Of a DNA stretch of 53,921 bases, positions 1 to 9,627 are shown piece after piece. Each line of letters opens with the position of its first letter. The stretch's first letter is position 1. This DNA comes from an uncultured bacterium. Lineage in GTDB: Bacteria; Patescibacteriota; Minisyncoccia; Phycocordibacterales; GWA1-40-21. The notes below the pieces were generated by a model. The model was not told the DNA's origin. It searched no databases and saw only the letters and a program-made list of their open reading frames with translations. The position numbers and the translations under genes were made by a program. The DNA is taken from positions 1 through 53,921 of the forward strand of contig CAIJNK010000016.1 of the NCBI GenBank assembly GCA_903822075.1. Direction: 5' to 3'.

Positions 1-564
1 ATAAATGATAAAAATTCTTCCACTATAAGAGAATATATAACTGTAATAATGTCTGGATATAATCATAGTGAAAACAAAATTGGTTTTAATGGATTTAAAC
101 AAAACAGTATAATAGGAGGTAGTCCAATAGCGTGTGAAGCAAAGCCAAAAAACTTTAATACTGAAGATTTATTAGCTTTTAAGAATGGTAAAAGAAAAAC
201 AAAACCAGCTAAATTAAATGGTGCTGGAAACTTTTCTGACTATACTTTTGCTAGACTTGAAAAAGATAAAAAAGAAAATCCTCATATACTTGTAAGTGGA
301 TTTGCTGACGGTAAGTTATTGTATATATTAGAATTTCCTTTCAATACAAAAACATTTACAGATAGATTAAAGATACAACTTATGAAAAATTTTTCAGATG
401 GAAAAGATAAACCTGGGCATTTTTTACGCTCAGCAAATTTTGATTTCAGAGATTATGTAGATTCAAATAATGTAAAAAAAGTATATATATTACCGAAAGT
501 AGAACTAGAGAATTATAAAGATTTCATCACCAACAAATTTTTTGATAAGTTATTACTTTTCTAA
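1..564 (+). CDS. Putative type II restriction endonuclease (5'-truncated by window edge)
   Basis: Frame open from base 1 (INDKNSSTIREYITVIM...); CEAKPKN gives an E-x-K motif as in PD-(D/E)XK nucleases; directly upstream of a DNA methyltransferase. Function inferred from context. Confidence 0.5.
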   Translation: MNDKNSSTIREYITVIMSGYNHSENKIGFNGFKQNSIIGGSPIACEAKPKNFNTEDLLAFKNGKRKTKPAKLNGAGNFSDYTFARLEKDKKENPHILVSGFADGKLLYILEFPFNTKTFTDRLKIQLMKNFSDGKDKPGHFLRSANFDFRDYVDSNNVKKVYILPKVELENYKDFITNKFFDKLLLF

Positions 565-567
565 ATT

Positions 568-1395
568 ATGAATAAAATCCTACAAGGAGATACACTGAAA
601 GTTTTGCAAGGTTTAAAATCAAATAGTGTTGATTTGGGAGTAACATCGCCCCCTTATAATAAACAAGAGAACAAGAAAGGATGGTTAGTAAAAAACGTAA
701 AATACGATAAAGCTTCCGATAAACACAATGAATTGGATTATCAAAATAATCAGGTTCTAGTTTTAAATGAATTATTCAGAATAACTAAACCTGGTGGTTC
801 TTTCTTTTATAATCATAAAACTAGATGGGAAAGAGGCGAAATGATTCATCCAATGGATTGGCTTAAAAAAACAAATTGGGTAATAAGGCAAGAAATAATC
901 TGGGATAGAACTATCGCTGCTAATATAAGAGGATGGCGTTTTTGGCAAGTAGACGAGAGAATTTATTGGTTATATAAGCCTATTGATGAAAATAAAATTG
1001 GAAAGGAACTTCTTTCAAAACACGCTTTAGTAACATCTATATGGAGATTTCCACCAGAAAGAAATAACTCACACCCAGCACCGTTCCCTTTGTTATTACC
1101 AGCAAGGTGTATATATTCTATTCTTGATAATGAAAAAGGCGTGGTCATTGACCCTTATGCAGGGAGTGGAACTACTTTAGTAGCGGCTAAATTGCTCGGT
1201 CACGATTATATAGGAATTGACATATCAGAACAATATATTAAAGAAGCACAATTGAGAATAAAGGAATCTGATAAAGAAAAAGATTTGTTAACTCTAGAAA
1301 AAGAGAAACATATTGTCAGAAAGACTTTTAAACAAAGAAAGGAAAATGGTGAGTATAAACATATGAAAAAGAAAAAAATAACTCTTTTTGAATAA
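568..1395 (+). CDS. Site-specific DNA methyltransferase, N4C/N6A beta class
   Basis: Catalytic motif IV TSPPYN near N-terminus precedes SAM-binding motif I DPYAGSGTT; HPAPFP motif. Confidence 0.92.
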   Translation: MNKILQGDTLKVLQGLKSNSVDLGVTSPPYNKQENKKGWLVKNVKYDKASDKHNELDYQNNQVLVLNELFRITKPGGSFFYNHKTRWERGEMIHPMDWLKKTNWVIRQEIIWDRTIAANIRGWRFWQVDERIYWLYKPIDENKIGKELLSKHALVTSIWRFPPERNNSHPAPFPLLLPARCIYSILDNEKGVVIDPYAGSGTTLVAAKLLGHDYIGIDISEQYIKEAQLRIKESDKEKDLLTLEKEKHIVRKTFKQRKENGEYKHMKKKKITLFE

Positions 1396-1400
1396 AATTT

Positions 1401-2891
1401 ATGAAAGCAATAATCCTAGCTAGAGTATCAACGGAAGACCAAATGCAAGAAGGATATTCTATTCCTGCACAACTTCAGCGCGCTAGAGAGTATTGCCAAA
1501 AGAAAGGGCTAATCATTCAAAGTGAACACCCTTTTGATGAGTCTTCCACAAAGGACCAAAGAAAGAAATTTGAGCTAGTGGTAGATGAGATAAGAAAGGC
1601 TAAGGAGGTCGTGGCTCTCGTTGTAGAGACCGTGGACAGACTACAGAGAAGCTTTAAGGAGTCTGTAATGCTTGATGAGCTAAGGAAGCAAGGAAAGCTA
1701 GAGATACATTTTCTAAGAGAAAATCTGGTAATACATAAAGACTCAAATAGCTCGGAAATACAAAGATGGGACCTAGCTGTGTTTGTTGCTAAAAGCTATG
1801 TCTTGCAACTTAGTGATAATGTAAAAAGAAGTTTTGATATTAAAAGAAGAAGTGGCGAGATAACCAGTAATCCACCAATCGGTTATCAGGGCGTCTATGA
1901 CACAGCAGGCAAAAGAATAGATGTTATTCCTAATCCCGATACCGCTCACTACATACAGAAAATGTTTGAGCTATACGCCACAGGGCAACATTCAACTCTC
2001 ACTTTAATGAAAGAGATGGTGAAGCTTGGCTTAAGAAGTAAGCTTGGTAAAAAACTTTCATTGAGTATGATAGATAAAATACTAAATGACACTTTTTATT
2101 ATGGTGTAGCTTATTCAAGGACCAAAAAGATTTACTGGGACCATAAATACAAACCAATAATAACTAAGGAACTTTTTGATAGAGGTCAAAAGATAAGACA
2201 GAGCTGGAATAAGAAGCCGTTTAAGTATGCTTCCAAGCCTTATATCTTTAGAGGTTTGGTCCGTTGTAAGAAATGCGGTTGCTCTATGAGTCCCGAAACG
2301 GCTAAAGGAAAGTTTGTCTATTATTCCTGCACAAACGCCAGAAAAGACCTATGCGACACAAAGGTGTATGTGCCAGAAAAAGCCTTCCTAGAGCCAATTT
2401 ACGGCGTTTTAAGGGCATTTCAGGGCATACCACAGGAAAGGATAGATAAGGTAGTGGAAGGGCTTAAACAGTCCACGGAAGCCAAGACTTTGTATAACCG
2501 AAACTCAATAGAGGCTCTAGACAAGGAATACGCTTTGGTCCAAGTGAAAATAGATAAAATTATGGACCTGCTTATTGATAGTAGTATTACTAAGGTTGAC
2601 TATGACAAGAAGTTGAAAGAATTAAAGGAAAAACAGTATGATTTGAACATCCAAAAAGAAGAGCATACCAAAGCAGACGAAAACTACTACATTACGGCTT
2701 CCACTGTGTTTAATCTAGCTAAAAACGCCCTCAAGCTATTTGAGAGTTCTGAGATAGCAGAAAAAAGGTCAATTCTGAATTATCTACTTCAGAACTGTGT
2801 TGCGAACGGGAAAAAGCTTGAATTTTCCTTGCGTTCTCCCTTTAACGAGATACTAAATACCTCGCAAATGATTACTAAGCTCCGTGGGTAG
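1401..2891 (+). CDS. Large serine recombinase (resolvase domain, recombinase domain, Zn ribbon, coiled coil)
   Basis: ILARVSTEDQ catalytic Ser motif, VDRLQRS, PPIGY, CKKCG...YYSC...C zinc ribbon, C-terminal coiled coil. Confidence 0.93.
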   Translation: MKAIILARVSTEDQMQEGYSIPAQLQRAREYCQKKGLIIQSEHPFDESSTKDQRKKFELVVDEIRKAKEVVALVVETVDRLQRSFKESVMLDELRKQGKLEIHFLRENLVIHKDSNSSEIQRWDLAVFVAKSYVLQLSDNVKRSFDIKRRSGEITSNPPIGYQGVYDTAGKRIDVIPNPDTAHYIQKMFELYATGQHSTLTLMKEMVKLGLRSKLGKKLSLSMIDKILNDTFYYGVAYSRTKKIYWDHKYKPIITKELFDRGQKIRQSWNKKPFKYASKPYIFRGLVRCKKCGCSMSPETAKGKFVYYSCTNARKDLCDTKVYVPEKAFLEPIYGVLRAFQGIPQERIDKVVEGLKQSTEAKTLYNRNSIEALDKEYALVQVKIDKIMDLLIDSSITKVDYDKKLKELKEKQYDLNIQKEEHTKADENYYITASTVFNLAKNALKLFESSEIAEKRSILNYLLQNCVANGKKLEFSLRSPFNEILNTSQMITKLRG

Positions 2892-2951
2892 GGATCGAAC
2901 CTACGACCAATCGCTTAACAGGCGACCGCTCTACCGCTGAGCTACCACGGA
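2880..2951 (-). tRNA. tRNA-Asn(GTT), CCA not encoded
   Basis: Minus strand TCCGTGG TA GCTC AGCGGTA GAGC G GTCGC CT-GTT-AA GCGAT TGGTC GTAGG TTCGATC CCTAC CCACGGA G folds as a cloverleaf. Confidence 0.96.
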
Positions 2952-3059
2952 ATGTCACTATACTAGCAAGAAACCCAAAAAAAATAAAGGCTGCCTAGCT
3001 CGGCTGGATGTTTTATTTATGTTACAATACCGGTATTATCAGTATAATTAATATAAGCC

Positions 3060-3353
3060 ATGGGACTATTTAACGATCTGTTTGGTACCCCCAAACCACG
3101 TGTGACAGAAAAAGAATACAAGAAAGCCAAGTCGGAACTTTATTCGGAAGGCTTTAATCAGAGACAGCGAGCCAAAGTAGACGAAATTTTTGCGCCGGAT
3201 TTTAATATGCCCAGTACGGACTCCCACCCTCGCGGCTTGGAAAAAAACGAAATCGAGGCCAGGATAAAATGGATGCGTGAAAACAAAAGCAAGCACAACT
3301 TGAGTGATAAAGAAATAGACGAGATAGAAAGCTCACCCTTAAAGAGGCTCTGA
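3060..3353 (+). CDS. Hypothetical small charged protein
   Basis: 97-aa ATG ORF filling the gap, converging tightly on the next gene. Confidence 0.7.
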   Translation: MGLFNDLFGTPKPRVTEKEYKKAKSELYSEGFNQRQRAKVDEIFAPDFNMPSTDSHPRGLEKNEIEARIKWMRENKSKHNLSDKEIDEIESSPLKRL

Positions 3354-3355
3354 TT

Positions 3356-4225
3356 CTACCTCTTAATTGGTAGGCGGACAAAAAAAGTGGCGCCTTTATT
3401 ACGCCCGGCCGATTCCGCCCACAACTTGCCTTTATGGTGTTGGACAATTTTTTTTGCAGTGTAAAGACCCAAACCCAACCCTTCCGTATCCATAAGTTTG
3501 GCACTCTTGGAGCGGTAAAAATGCTTAAATATTTTCAAACCATCCCAGAAACCAAAACCAATACCGGTGTCGCTCACTTTCAGGATAATATATTTCTCTT
3601 CAACTTCAAAAGAAACAGAAACAGTACCCTCTTTGGGGGTATATTTTATGGCGTTATCAATAAGCATATCCACCACGAACTGAATCTTAGCCTTATCAAT
3701 TATAACCAAAGGTAATTCCCGGTTTGAATCGATTGAGAGCTTGGTGTTACGATTTCTAATAACGGCCGAATATTTGCTTAAAGAAAAATCAACAATCTCC
3801 CTCAAAGAGACGGCTTCAAAGGCATAACTTAGTCTTTTGTCATACTTGGCAAAGCCCACAAGCAAATCGACAATTTCCATCAGACGGTCATTGGCCTTTT
3901 GCATCTCTACCAATAAATCTTTTTTTTCCAAAAGGGTCAGATCTTTTTGCAGCATATCAATGGTCCAACGGATCCCGGTTAATGGCGTCCGAAATTTATG
4001 GGTGACAATAGTAATAAACTCATCCTGAATCCTATAATTCTCTACTTCACGATAAATAGAGGCTAAAATGATGCAAATAATGATAAAAATGGAAATAGCA
4101 AAAACCGTTCGATCCTCAAAGCTATTCAATATATACAAAGAACCCTTGAGGAAATTAATCAGGCCCAAAAAAATCAGAGAAATGACAAGAAAAGTAAAAA
4201 ATAAAAAGGAGCTGGTTTTTTTCAT
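3356..4225 (-). CDS. Membrane sensor histidine kinase (2 TM, HisKA, HATPase)
   Basis: H-box THKFRTPL, N-box DNAIKYT, G1 DTGIG, G2 GLGLGLY. Confidence 0.9.
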   Translation of the reverse strand: MKKTSSFLFFTFLVISLIFLGLINFLKGSLYILNSFEDRTVFAISIFIIICIILASIYREVENYRIQDEFITIVTHKFRTPLTGIRWTIDMLQKDLTLLEKKDLLVEMQKANDRLMEIVDLLVGFAKYDKRLSYAFEAVSLREIVDFSLSKYSAVIRNRNTKLSIDSNRELPLVIIDKAKIQFVVDMLIDNAIKYTPKEGTVSVSFEVEEKYIILKVSDTGIGFGFWDGLKIFKHFYRSKSAKLMDTEGLGLGLYTAKKIVQHHKGKLWAESAGRNKGATFFVRLPIKR

Positions 4226-4238
4226 AATATACCGAACA

Positions 4239-5423
4239 TTATAACACCGAGATGGTCTCTTTGGCTATCTGTTCCATCTCGTCCGTCTTCATAACCAAGA
4301 CTTTAACTCTGGATTCCTGACTGCTTATTTCCGCTTCCACCCCCTCTGTTTCGTTATTCTTAATCATATCCAAGTTTACGCCCAAGAACTGCAGACCCTC
4401 ACAGATTCGTCCACGCATAACGAAGGATCGCTCACCCACAGTGCCGGCAAAGATAAGCAAATCAATTCCGCCCAAAACCGCAGCGGCCGAACCAATATGT
4501 TTCTTCAGCCGGTTGGCATATATCTTCAAAGCCAGAGCCGAGTCTTGATCCCCTTCTTTTTCATATTTAAGTAAATCACGTACATCAGAGCTCTTACCGG
4601 ACAGGCCAAACAAGCCGCATTTATTATTAAAATATTCTTCCAACTTCCTAGTGCTCAGCCACAGTTTGTCTGCCAAATAAACCACTGCGCCAGGGTCGAT
4701 ATCACCCACCCGCGTCGCCATCACCAAACCATCGAGCGGCGTAAAACCCATGCTCGTTTCCACACTCTTTCCATCCTTGACCGCCGTCACACTGGCTCCG
4801 CCGCCTAAATGACAGATTATCACTTTAGCTGGTAGATGGCCTAATCTTTTTTCCGTTTGAAAAAGCACCGACTTAATGGAAATACCGTGATAACCAAATT
4901 TTTGCAAACCTAGTTTCCTGCTATCATTGATCGGGATAGCATAATACTTGGCTTCTGCCGGCAAACTTTTATGAAAAGTGCTGTCAGACACGCCCACTAT
5001 TTTCTTGGCTGCAAATACCTTTTTAGCCACTTTTATTTCCGCCAAAGCGGGTCCTAAATGCAAAGGTACTTTCTTCAGCGCCTGTTTGGCTTTTTTTAGA
5101 TATTCCTTGTCAATAATCCGATCTTGCAAAAAATATTCCCCCGGCGCCACAATTCGGATACCGATAGCTCCGATATCTTCTTTGGAATTTACTAATTTTT
5201 TATTTACCAATGATTCCAACAGATAGGCTTGTGCCTTCCTAAAAATCTTTTCAGTAATTTCCTTCTTTTCTTTTTGTTCACTCTGATCGGGCAAATTGAA
5301 AGTTTCTGTCACCACATAACCGCCATTCTCGGTTTCAAAATGCGCGCTGTATATTTTATTTTCCCCTTCGTAGATGGCATACTTTTTTGACTCACTCCCA
5401 GTATTAATAATTAATATTTTCAT
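4239..5423 (-). CDS. ackA: Acetate kinase
   Basis: ILIINTGSESKK, FGYHGIS, CHLGGGASV, TSMGFTPLDGLVMATRVGDIDPG. Start moved to ATG 5423, 7 nt after a TATAAT. Confidence 0.93.
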   Translation of the reverse strand: MKILIINTGSESKKYAIYEGENKIYSAHFETENGGYVVTETFNLPDQSEQKEKKEITEKIFRKAQAYLLESLVNKKLVNSKEDIGAIGIRIVAPGEYFLQDRIIDKEYLKKAKQALKKVPLHLGPALAEIKVAKKVFAAKKIVGVSDSTFHKSLPAEAKYYAIPINDSRKLGLQKFGYHGISIKSVLFQTEKRLGHLPAKVIICHLGGGASVTAVKDGKSVETSMGFTPLDGLVMATRVGDIDPGAVVYLADKLWLSTRKLEEYFNNKCGLFGLSGKSSDVRDLLKYEKEGDQDSALALKIYANRLKKHIGSAAAVLGGIDLLIFAGTVGERSFVMRGRICEGLQFLGVNLDMIKNNETEGVEAEISSQESRVKVLVMKTDEMEQIAKETISVL

Positions 5424-5453
5424 ACGCTCAATTATATAACAAAATAGAAATAT

Positions 5454-5493
5454 AAGAAAACCGCCCCAGAACACGATGGTTCCTCAGGCGGTT
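5454..5493 (-). terminator. Intrinsic terminator of orphan gene 5509-5703
   Basis: Minus strand AACCGCCT...GGGGCGGTT then TTCTT. Confidence 0.65.
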
Positions 5494-5508
5494 CATTCCG
5501 AATAGATT

Positions 5509-5703
5509 CTAGGCCCACTTAATCCAATGCATGACGGCTAAGATTCCGGCGCCAACCACCAGCTTTATAGTGTCATGGATGAACCTGACGGACCAAACAT
5601 TTTCACTGACGTAGCCAATCCGCCGGTCGATATAGTTGCTCAACAATACGCACATAGCAACAAACGAAGCGAGAAAGACAAACTTCCGTATAAACTTCCA
5701 CAT
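5509..5703 (-). CDS. Small 2-TM orphan membrane protein (self-contained unit)
   Basis: SD AAGGAG 7 nt before ATG 5703; two hydrophobic stretches; own promoter and terminator. Confidence 0.65.
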   Translation of the reverse strand: MWKFIRKFVFLASFVAMCVLLSNYIDRRIGYVSENVWSVRFIHDTIKLVVGAGILAVMHWIKWA

Positions 5704-5761
5704 AAAAAGGCTCCTTGTTTTCGACACTAGCCACAACACCACGCTGTGATTTCTGTTTATG

Positions 5762-5791
5762 ATAATACTTCTAGAAATAGAGTTTTGTCAA
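5762..5791 (-). promoter_or_regulatory. Sigma70-type promoter TTGACA-18-TATTAT
   Basis: Direct match upstream of gene 5509-5703. Confidence 0.65.
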
Positions 5792-5815
5792 GGATTTTCT
5801 AAGCCGGGGAGCGGT

Positions 5816-8194
5816 TTACTTCCACTGCCAGTTCAAAATCTCCTCCGGATCATCCCCTACCCGCATAATATAGTCCTTATGGTCCTTGATTTTGTTCTGA
5901 TATTTCAGCACCAAGCGATTGGCTTTTTCGGCATCAACGACACCAGCCTTGGCTGTTTTTTCAATGGCTTCAATAAATAAATTATATCTATCTGTCTTGT
6001 TTCTGATATGAAGATCCAACGGAGTGGTGGTAGACCCGCTCTCCATATAACCATGAATGGATATCCGGCCAAGCTCATTAACAAACCGAAACAATGTCTG
6101 CTCCAAAGTATCAGGGTAGCCGTGGAAATTAAAAATGACCGGCTTCTCCTTGGTAAAATACCTTTCAAAATCTATCTCTGATATTTTATTCTCATGACCG
6201 ACAGTGTTCGGAGAAAGCTCCAGAACATTTACAAAACGAGCTTTCACTTCCGATGCTTCTTTTTTCAACAGATCAATAGCGGCTAGGGCTTCCTTAACCA
6301 AATACTGTCCGCAAGCACCAAAAACTACGTCCGGATTATCGTGGCTGGCAAAATTCCAAATGGACAAGCCATCTTCCACTTCACGCTTGGCCTCTTCGGG
6401 TGTCAGCCAGATTGGCTCCAAAGTTTTCTCTACCACAATCACATTGATTTCATTTTTGGAAGCTAGGCATTTTTCCGCAATCAAAACAGATTCATTGGCA
6501 TCCGCCGGAAAATAAATATTGATGAACTCATGACTCTTATTCAAAAGCTCGTCCATAAAGCTAGGGTTTTGGTGTGAAAAACCGTTATGCTCCTGGCGCC
6601 AGCCAGTTGAAGAAAGGATGTAATTAAAGGACGGCACATCCCCGCGCCAATCGGTCTTTCGAGCAATCTTCAAAAACTTGCTGTACTGATCCGCCATACT
6701 GGAAACAATTGGAATAAAGGCCTCATATGAAGCAAAAAAGGAAAAACGACCGGTCAGAGTATAACCTTGAGCCAAGCCCTGGAGTGATTGTTCAGACAGC
6801 ATTTCTATAATCCGTCCATCACGAGACATATCCTTGTCCCATTCTTCTATTTTACCCACAAATGCCCGCGTGGTTTCTTTGAACATATCTTGCAAACGAT
6901 TTGAATATGTTTCATCGGGCGAAAACAGACGGAAGTTTCTCTGGTCTCGGTTTAACTTAACCACTTCAGCTAAATATTCACCGATTCTTTTCATGGCTCC
7001 CGTTGGTACCGTTCCCGCTTCAGCTATCTTTATGCCAAAAGTATTAATATCCGGCAGAACTAAATCTCTGCTATGATCCCCTTTCTTGATGCCAAATGCG
7101 GTTTGATTATCACCCATGCGCAAACCTACTTTCGGCACATTAGCCATGATATCTTGAGAAAAACCAACCTGTGAATCAAATAATTCTTCAAACTCATAGG
7201 AATGCAGCCATTTTTCTACCATCCTGAGCTGAGTCTTGTCTGTCTTGGTTTCCTTACCTACCACTTGGTGGGACAAACAGTTACCCTCTATCTTATCCCC
7301 ACTGCCTTCGATTTTTGGACCAGGCAAATACTTTGGACCAGTCCAACCCTTTGGAGTTTTTAAGATAATCATCGGGAATTTAAAATAATCGTCCAGTTTT
7401 CTCTGTGGATTTTCTCTGGCTTCTTTTTGGATTTTTCGAATTTGAGTGTAAGCCAAATCCAACGCTTTGATCATTTTTTCATAGACTTTGTCCGTATGAC
7501 CCTCCACGATTATCGGTTCATAACCATAACCCTTAAACAGCGATTTCAAATCAGCATTTTTCATGCGCCCAAAAATTGTCGGTCCGGAAATTTTATAGCC
7601 GTTCAAATGCAAAATCGGTAAAACCGTACCGTTTTTTGCTGGGTCCACAAACTTTGACAAATGCCAAGCTGTGGCGGAAGCGCCAGTTTCGTTTTCACCA
7701 TCACCCACAAGACAAGTTACAATTAAGTCTGGATTATCGAGTACCGCACCGTAAGAAGTGGACAAGGAGTAACCCAGTTCCCCGCCCTCCAAAATGACAC
7801 CAGGGGTCATCGGGCTGCTGTGTGAAGGAAAGCCGTAGGGCCAGCTAAAATTTTTGGTAATATAGGCGATGCCCTCAGCGGTCAATTTAGCCTCAGTATA
7901 ATACTTACCAAGTGTTCCTTCCAGAAAGACATTTGATTGAATGGCGGGGAAACCGTGTCCAGGGCCAAGCACAAACATCATTTTAGCGTCAGTCTTAATA
8001 ATTAAATTATTCAAACAAGCGTAAACAAAATTAATACCCGGGCAAGTGCCCCAGTGACCCAAGAGTCTGGACTTGATGTGATCGAAAGTGAGTTTGTCTT
8101 TTAGTAAAAAGTTATCTTGTAAATAGATTTGACCGACTGATAAATAGTTCGTGGCACGCACAAACTTTTTAATTTTTTCTATTTCTTGGTTCAT
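5816..8194 (-). CDS. xfp: Xylulose-5-P/fructose-6-P phosphoketolase
   Basis: RLLGHWGTCPG, EGGELGYSL, TPP motif VGDGENETG, LHLNGYKI, RQEHNGFSHQNP. Confidence 0.95.
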   Translation of the reverse strand: MNQEIEKIKKFVRATNYLSVGQIYLQDNFLLKDKLTFDHIKSRLLGHWGTCPGINFVYACLNNLIIKTDAKMMFVLGPGHGFPAIQSNVFLEGTLGKYYTEAKLTAEGIAYITKNFSWPYGFPSHSSPMTPGVILEGGELGYSLSTSYGAVLDNPDLIVTCLVGDGENETGASATAWHLSKFVDPAKNGTVLPILHLNGYKISGPTIFGRMKNADLKSLFKGYGYEPIIVEGHTDKVYEKMIKALDLAYTQIRKIQKEARENPQRKLDDYFKFPMIILKTPKGWTGPKYLPGPKIEGSGDKIEGNCLSHQVVGKETKTDKTQLRMVEKWLHSYEFEELFDSQVGFSQDIMANVPKVGLRMGDNQTAFGIKKGDHSRDLVLPDINTFGIKIAEAGTVPTGAMKRIGEYLAEVVKLNRDQRNFRLFSPDETYSNRLQDMFKETTRAFVGKIEEWDKDMSRDGRIIEMLSEQSLQGLAQGYTLTGRFSFFASYEAFIPIVSSMADQYSKFLKIARKTDWRGDVPSFNYILSSTGWRQEHNGFSHQNPSFMDELLNKSHEFINIYFPADANESVLIAEKCLASKNEINVIVVEKTLEPIWLTPEEAKREVEDGLSIWNFASHDNPDVVFGACGQYLVKEALAAIDLLKKEASEVKARFVNVLELSPNTVGHENKISEIDFERYFTKEKPVIFNFHGYPDTLEQTLFRFVNELGRISIHGYMESGSTTTPLDLHIRNKTDRYNLFIEAIEKTAKAGVVDAEKANRLVLKYQNKIKDHKDYIMRVGDDPEEILNWQWK

Positions 8195-8212
8195 GGCGGA
8201 TATTATATCATA

Positions 8213-9511
8213 TTAGTTTTGATTTTCCTTATAGAGTGGCAAGGCGATACTCACCTTGGTACCATGCCCCAAGACAGATGACAGGGCAATCCGGCCATTG
8301 TGGAGCTCGATGATTTTCTTTGTAGTGTAAAGACCGATACCACTTTCATTCGGATCCATTTCTATGGCGTTCTTACCCCGATAGAACTTCTGAAAAATAA
8401 ACTCGAGCTCTGCTGGGTCAATACCAATACCGGTATCTTCTATTGTCAAAATAGCCTGATCACTCGCCGCAAACAAACTGACCATCACTCGTCCATTCGG
8501 CGAATAACGGAAAGCATTGTCAATAATATTGGTAATAGCTAAATCCAGCATTTTGTTATCACCCTCGATTACCACATCGTTGTAATTATCTTTGATCAAA
8601 TCAATCATCTTACTCCGAATCAGATAGTCTAGATTAACAAAAATAGAATCCAGAAGCTCCTTCAAGTCTATCCTTTCTTTTTTTAACTGGATATTTTTCC
8701 GATCAATTTCTAGTTCGGCTGTCTTTAATATTTTAGTAATTATATCCAGAGCTTCCAAAGTCCGGTCATAACCTTCCTTGACCATCTTGGTGTCCATGCA
8801 AAGCATTTCTCCGCTCCGATTTTTGGGACTGTTTAGGATAAATTCAAACGCCCAACGCACACCATTTAAAGGTGTCCTTAACTGGTGAGACATGGCGGAC
8901 AAAAAAACCTGCTTGGTATGCTCCACCTCGGTGAGTTCCAGAAATTTTCTTTTAAACTGATCTTTTTCATTTTTCTCCCTAATAATACCCTGAGTAAAAC
9001 GATATATAGAAAAAGAAGAAACAAAAAAACCAGACAGGTTCAGGAGATGTCTTGTCCAGACAGAAATATTTAACAGATGCGCCGGTTCAAAAAAGATAAC
9101 TGAAAACAATAAGAGGCCGGCAAAAAACGACAGACGGCGGGTGAAATTGGAATCTAGCTGAAAGAGAGAAATGATCGGGGCTAAAAATAACAGGAAGATA
9201 AAACTACTGTTTACCCCACCGGTAATGAGGATTATGACCAGGTAACCGACGGCCCAAAAATAACCAGAATTATTCCATAAAAAATTATTTTTAAAAGCAA
9301 AAGACGTTATCAAAATCAAAATCTGAAACACCAGAGAGACCAGCAGAGAAATGACATAAATCTTGATTGAGGAAACCCAAACTAAATTAACTTTGGGAAT
9401 AAAAGGTAGAATTAATAAAACAATCAGGGCAATAGAAGAAGCGATCTGGATGATCAAAAAAATCGTAATTTTACTTTTTGACGCTTCACCCTCCACAACA
9501 ACTTTGTCCAT
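8213..9511 (-). CDS. Multi-TM sensor histidine kinase
   Basis: About 6 TM helices; SHQLRTPL, DNAFRYS, DTGIG, SGIGLY. Start moved to ATG 9511, 7 nt after TGaTATAAT. Confidence 0.9.
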   Translation of the reverse strand: MDKVVVEGEASKSKITIFLIIQIASSIALIVLLILPFIPKVNLVWVSSIKIYVISLLVSLVFQILILITSFAFKNNFLWNNSGYFWAVGYLVIILITGGVNSSFIFLLFLAPIISLFQLDSNFTRRLSFFAGLLLFSVIFFEPAHLLNISVWTRHLLNLSGFFVSSFSIYRFTQGIIREKNEKDQFKRKFLELTEVEHTKQVFLSAMSHQLRTPLNGVRWAFEFILNSPKNRSGEMLCMDTKMVKEGYDRTLEALDIITKILKTAELEIDRKNIQLKKERIDLKELLDSIFVNLDYLIRSKMIDLIKDNYNDVVIEGDNKMLDLAITNIIDNAFRYSPNGRVMVSLFAASDQAILTIEDTGIGIDPAELEFIFQKFYRGKNAIEMDPNESGIGLYTTKKIIELHNGRIALSSVLGHGTKVSIALPLYKENQN

Positions 9512-9559
9512 GTGAAATATTATATCAGGAATGTCAGATATCACCAATTTTTAGAACAA

Positions 9560-9588
9560 TTGACTTTTTCAATAATGTATGATAATTT
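9560..9588 (+). promoter_or_regulatory. Promoter TTGACT-17-TAATTT (extended -10)
   Basis: Direct match; SD TAAGGAGGAG at 9611-9620 follows. Confidence 0.55.
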
Positions 9589-9627
9589 CTCCTTAGAAGT
9601 TCTCTAAATCTAAGGAGGAGAAATCGG

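Larger units (their letters stand above)
1..2891 (+). mobile_element. Right end of an integrative island (R-M cargo plus large serine recombinase) abutting the 3' end of tRNA-Asn; left end lies outside the window
   Basis: Very AT-rich start (first 60 nt have 13 G+C); three genes separated by only 3 and 5 nt; recombinase ORF ends inside the tRNA 3' end. Confidence 0.75.

Noticed and set aside
1-2891. Prophage
   Set aside because: No structural, packaging or replication genes in the visible part; only R-M-like cargo and a recombinase.
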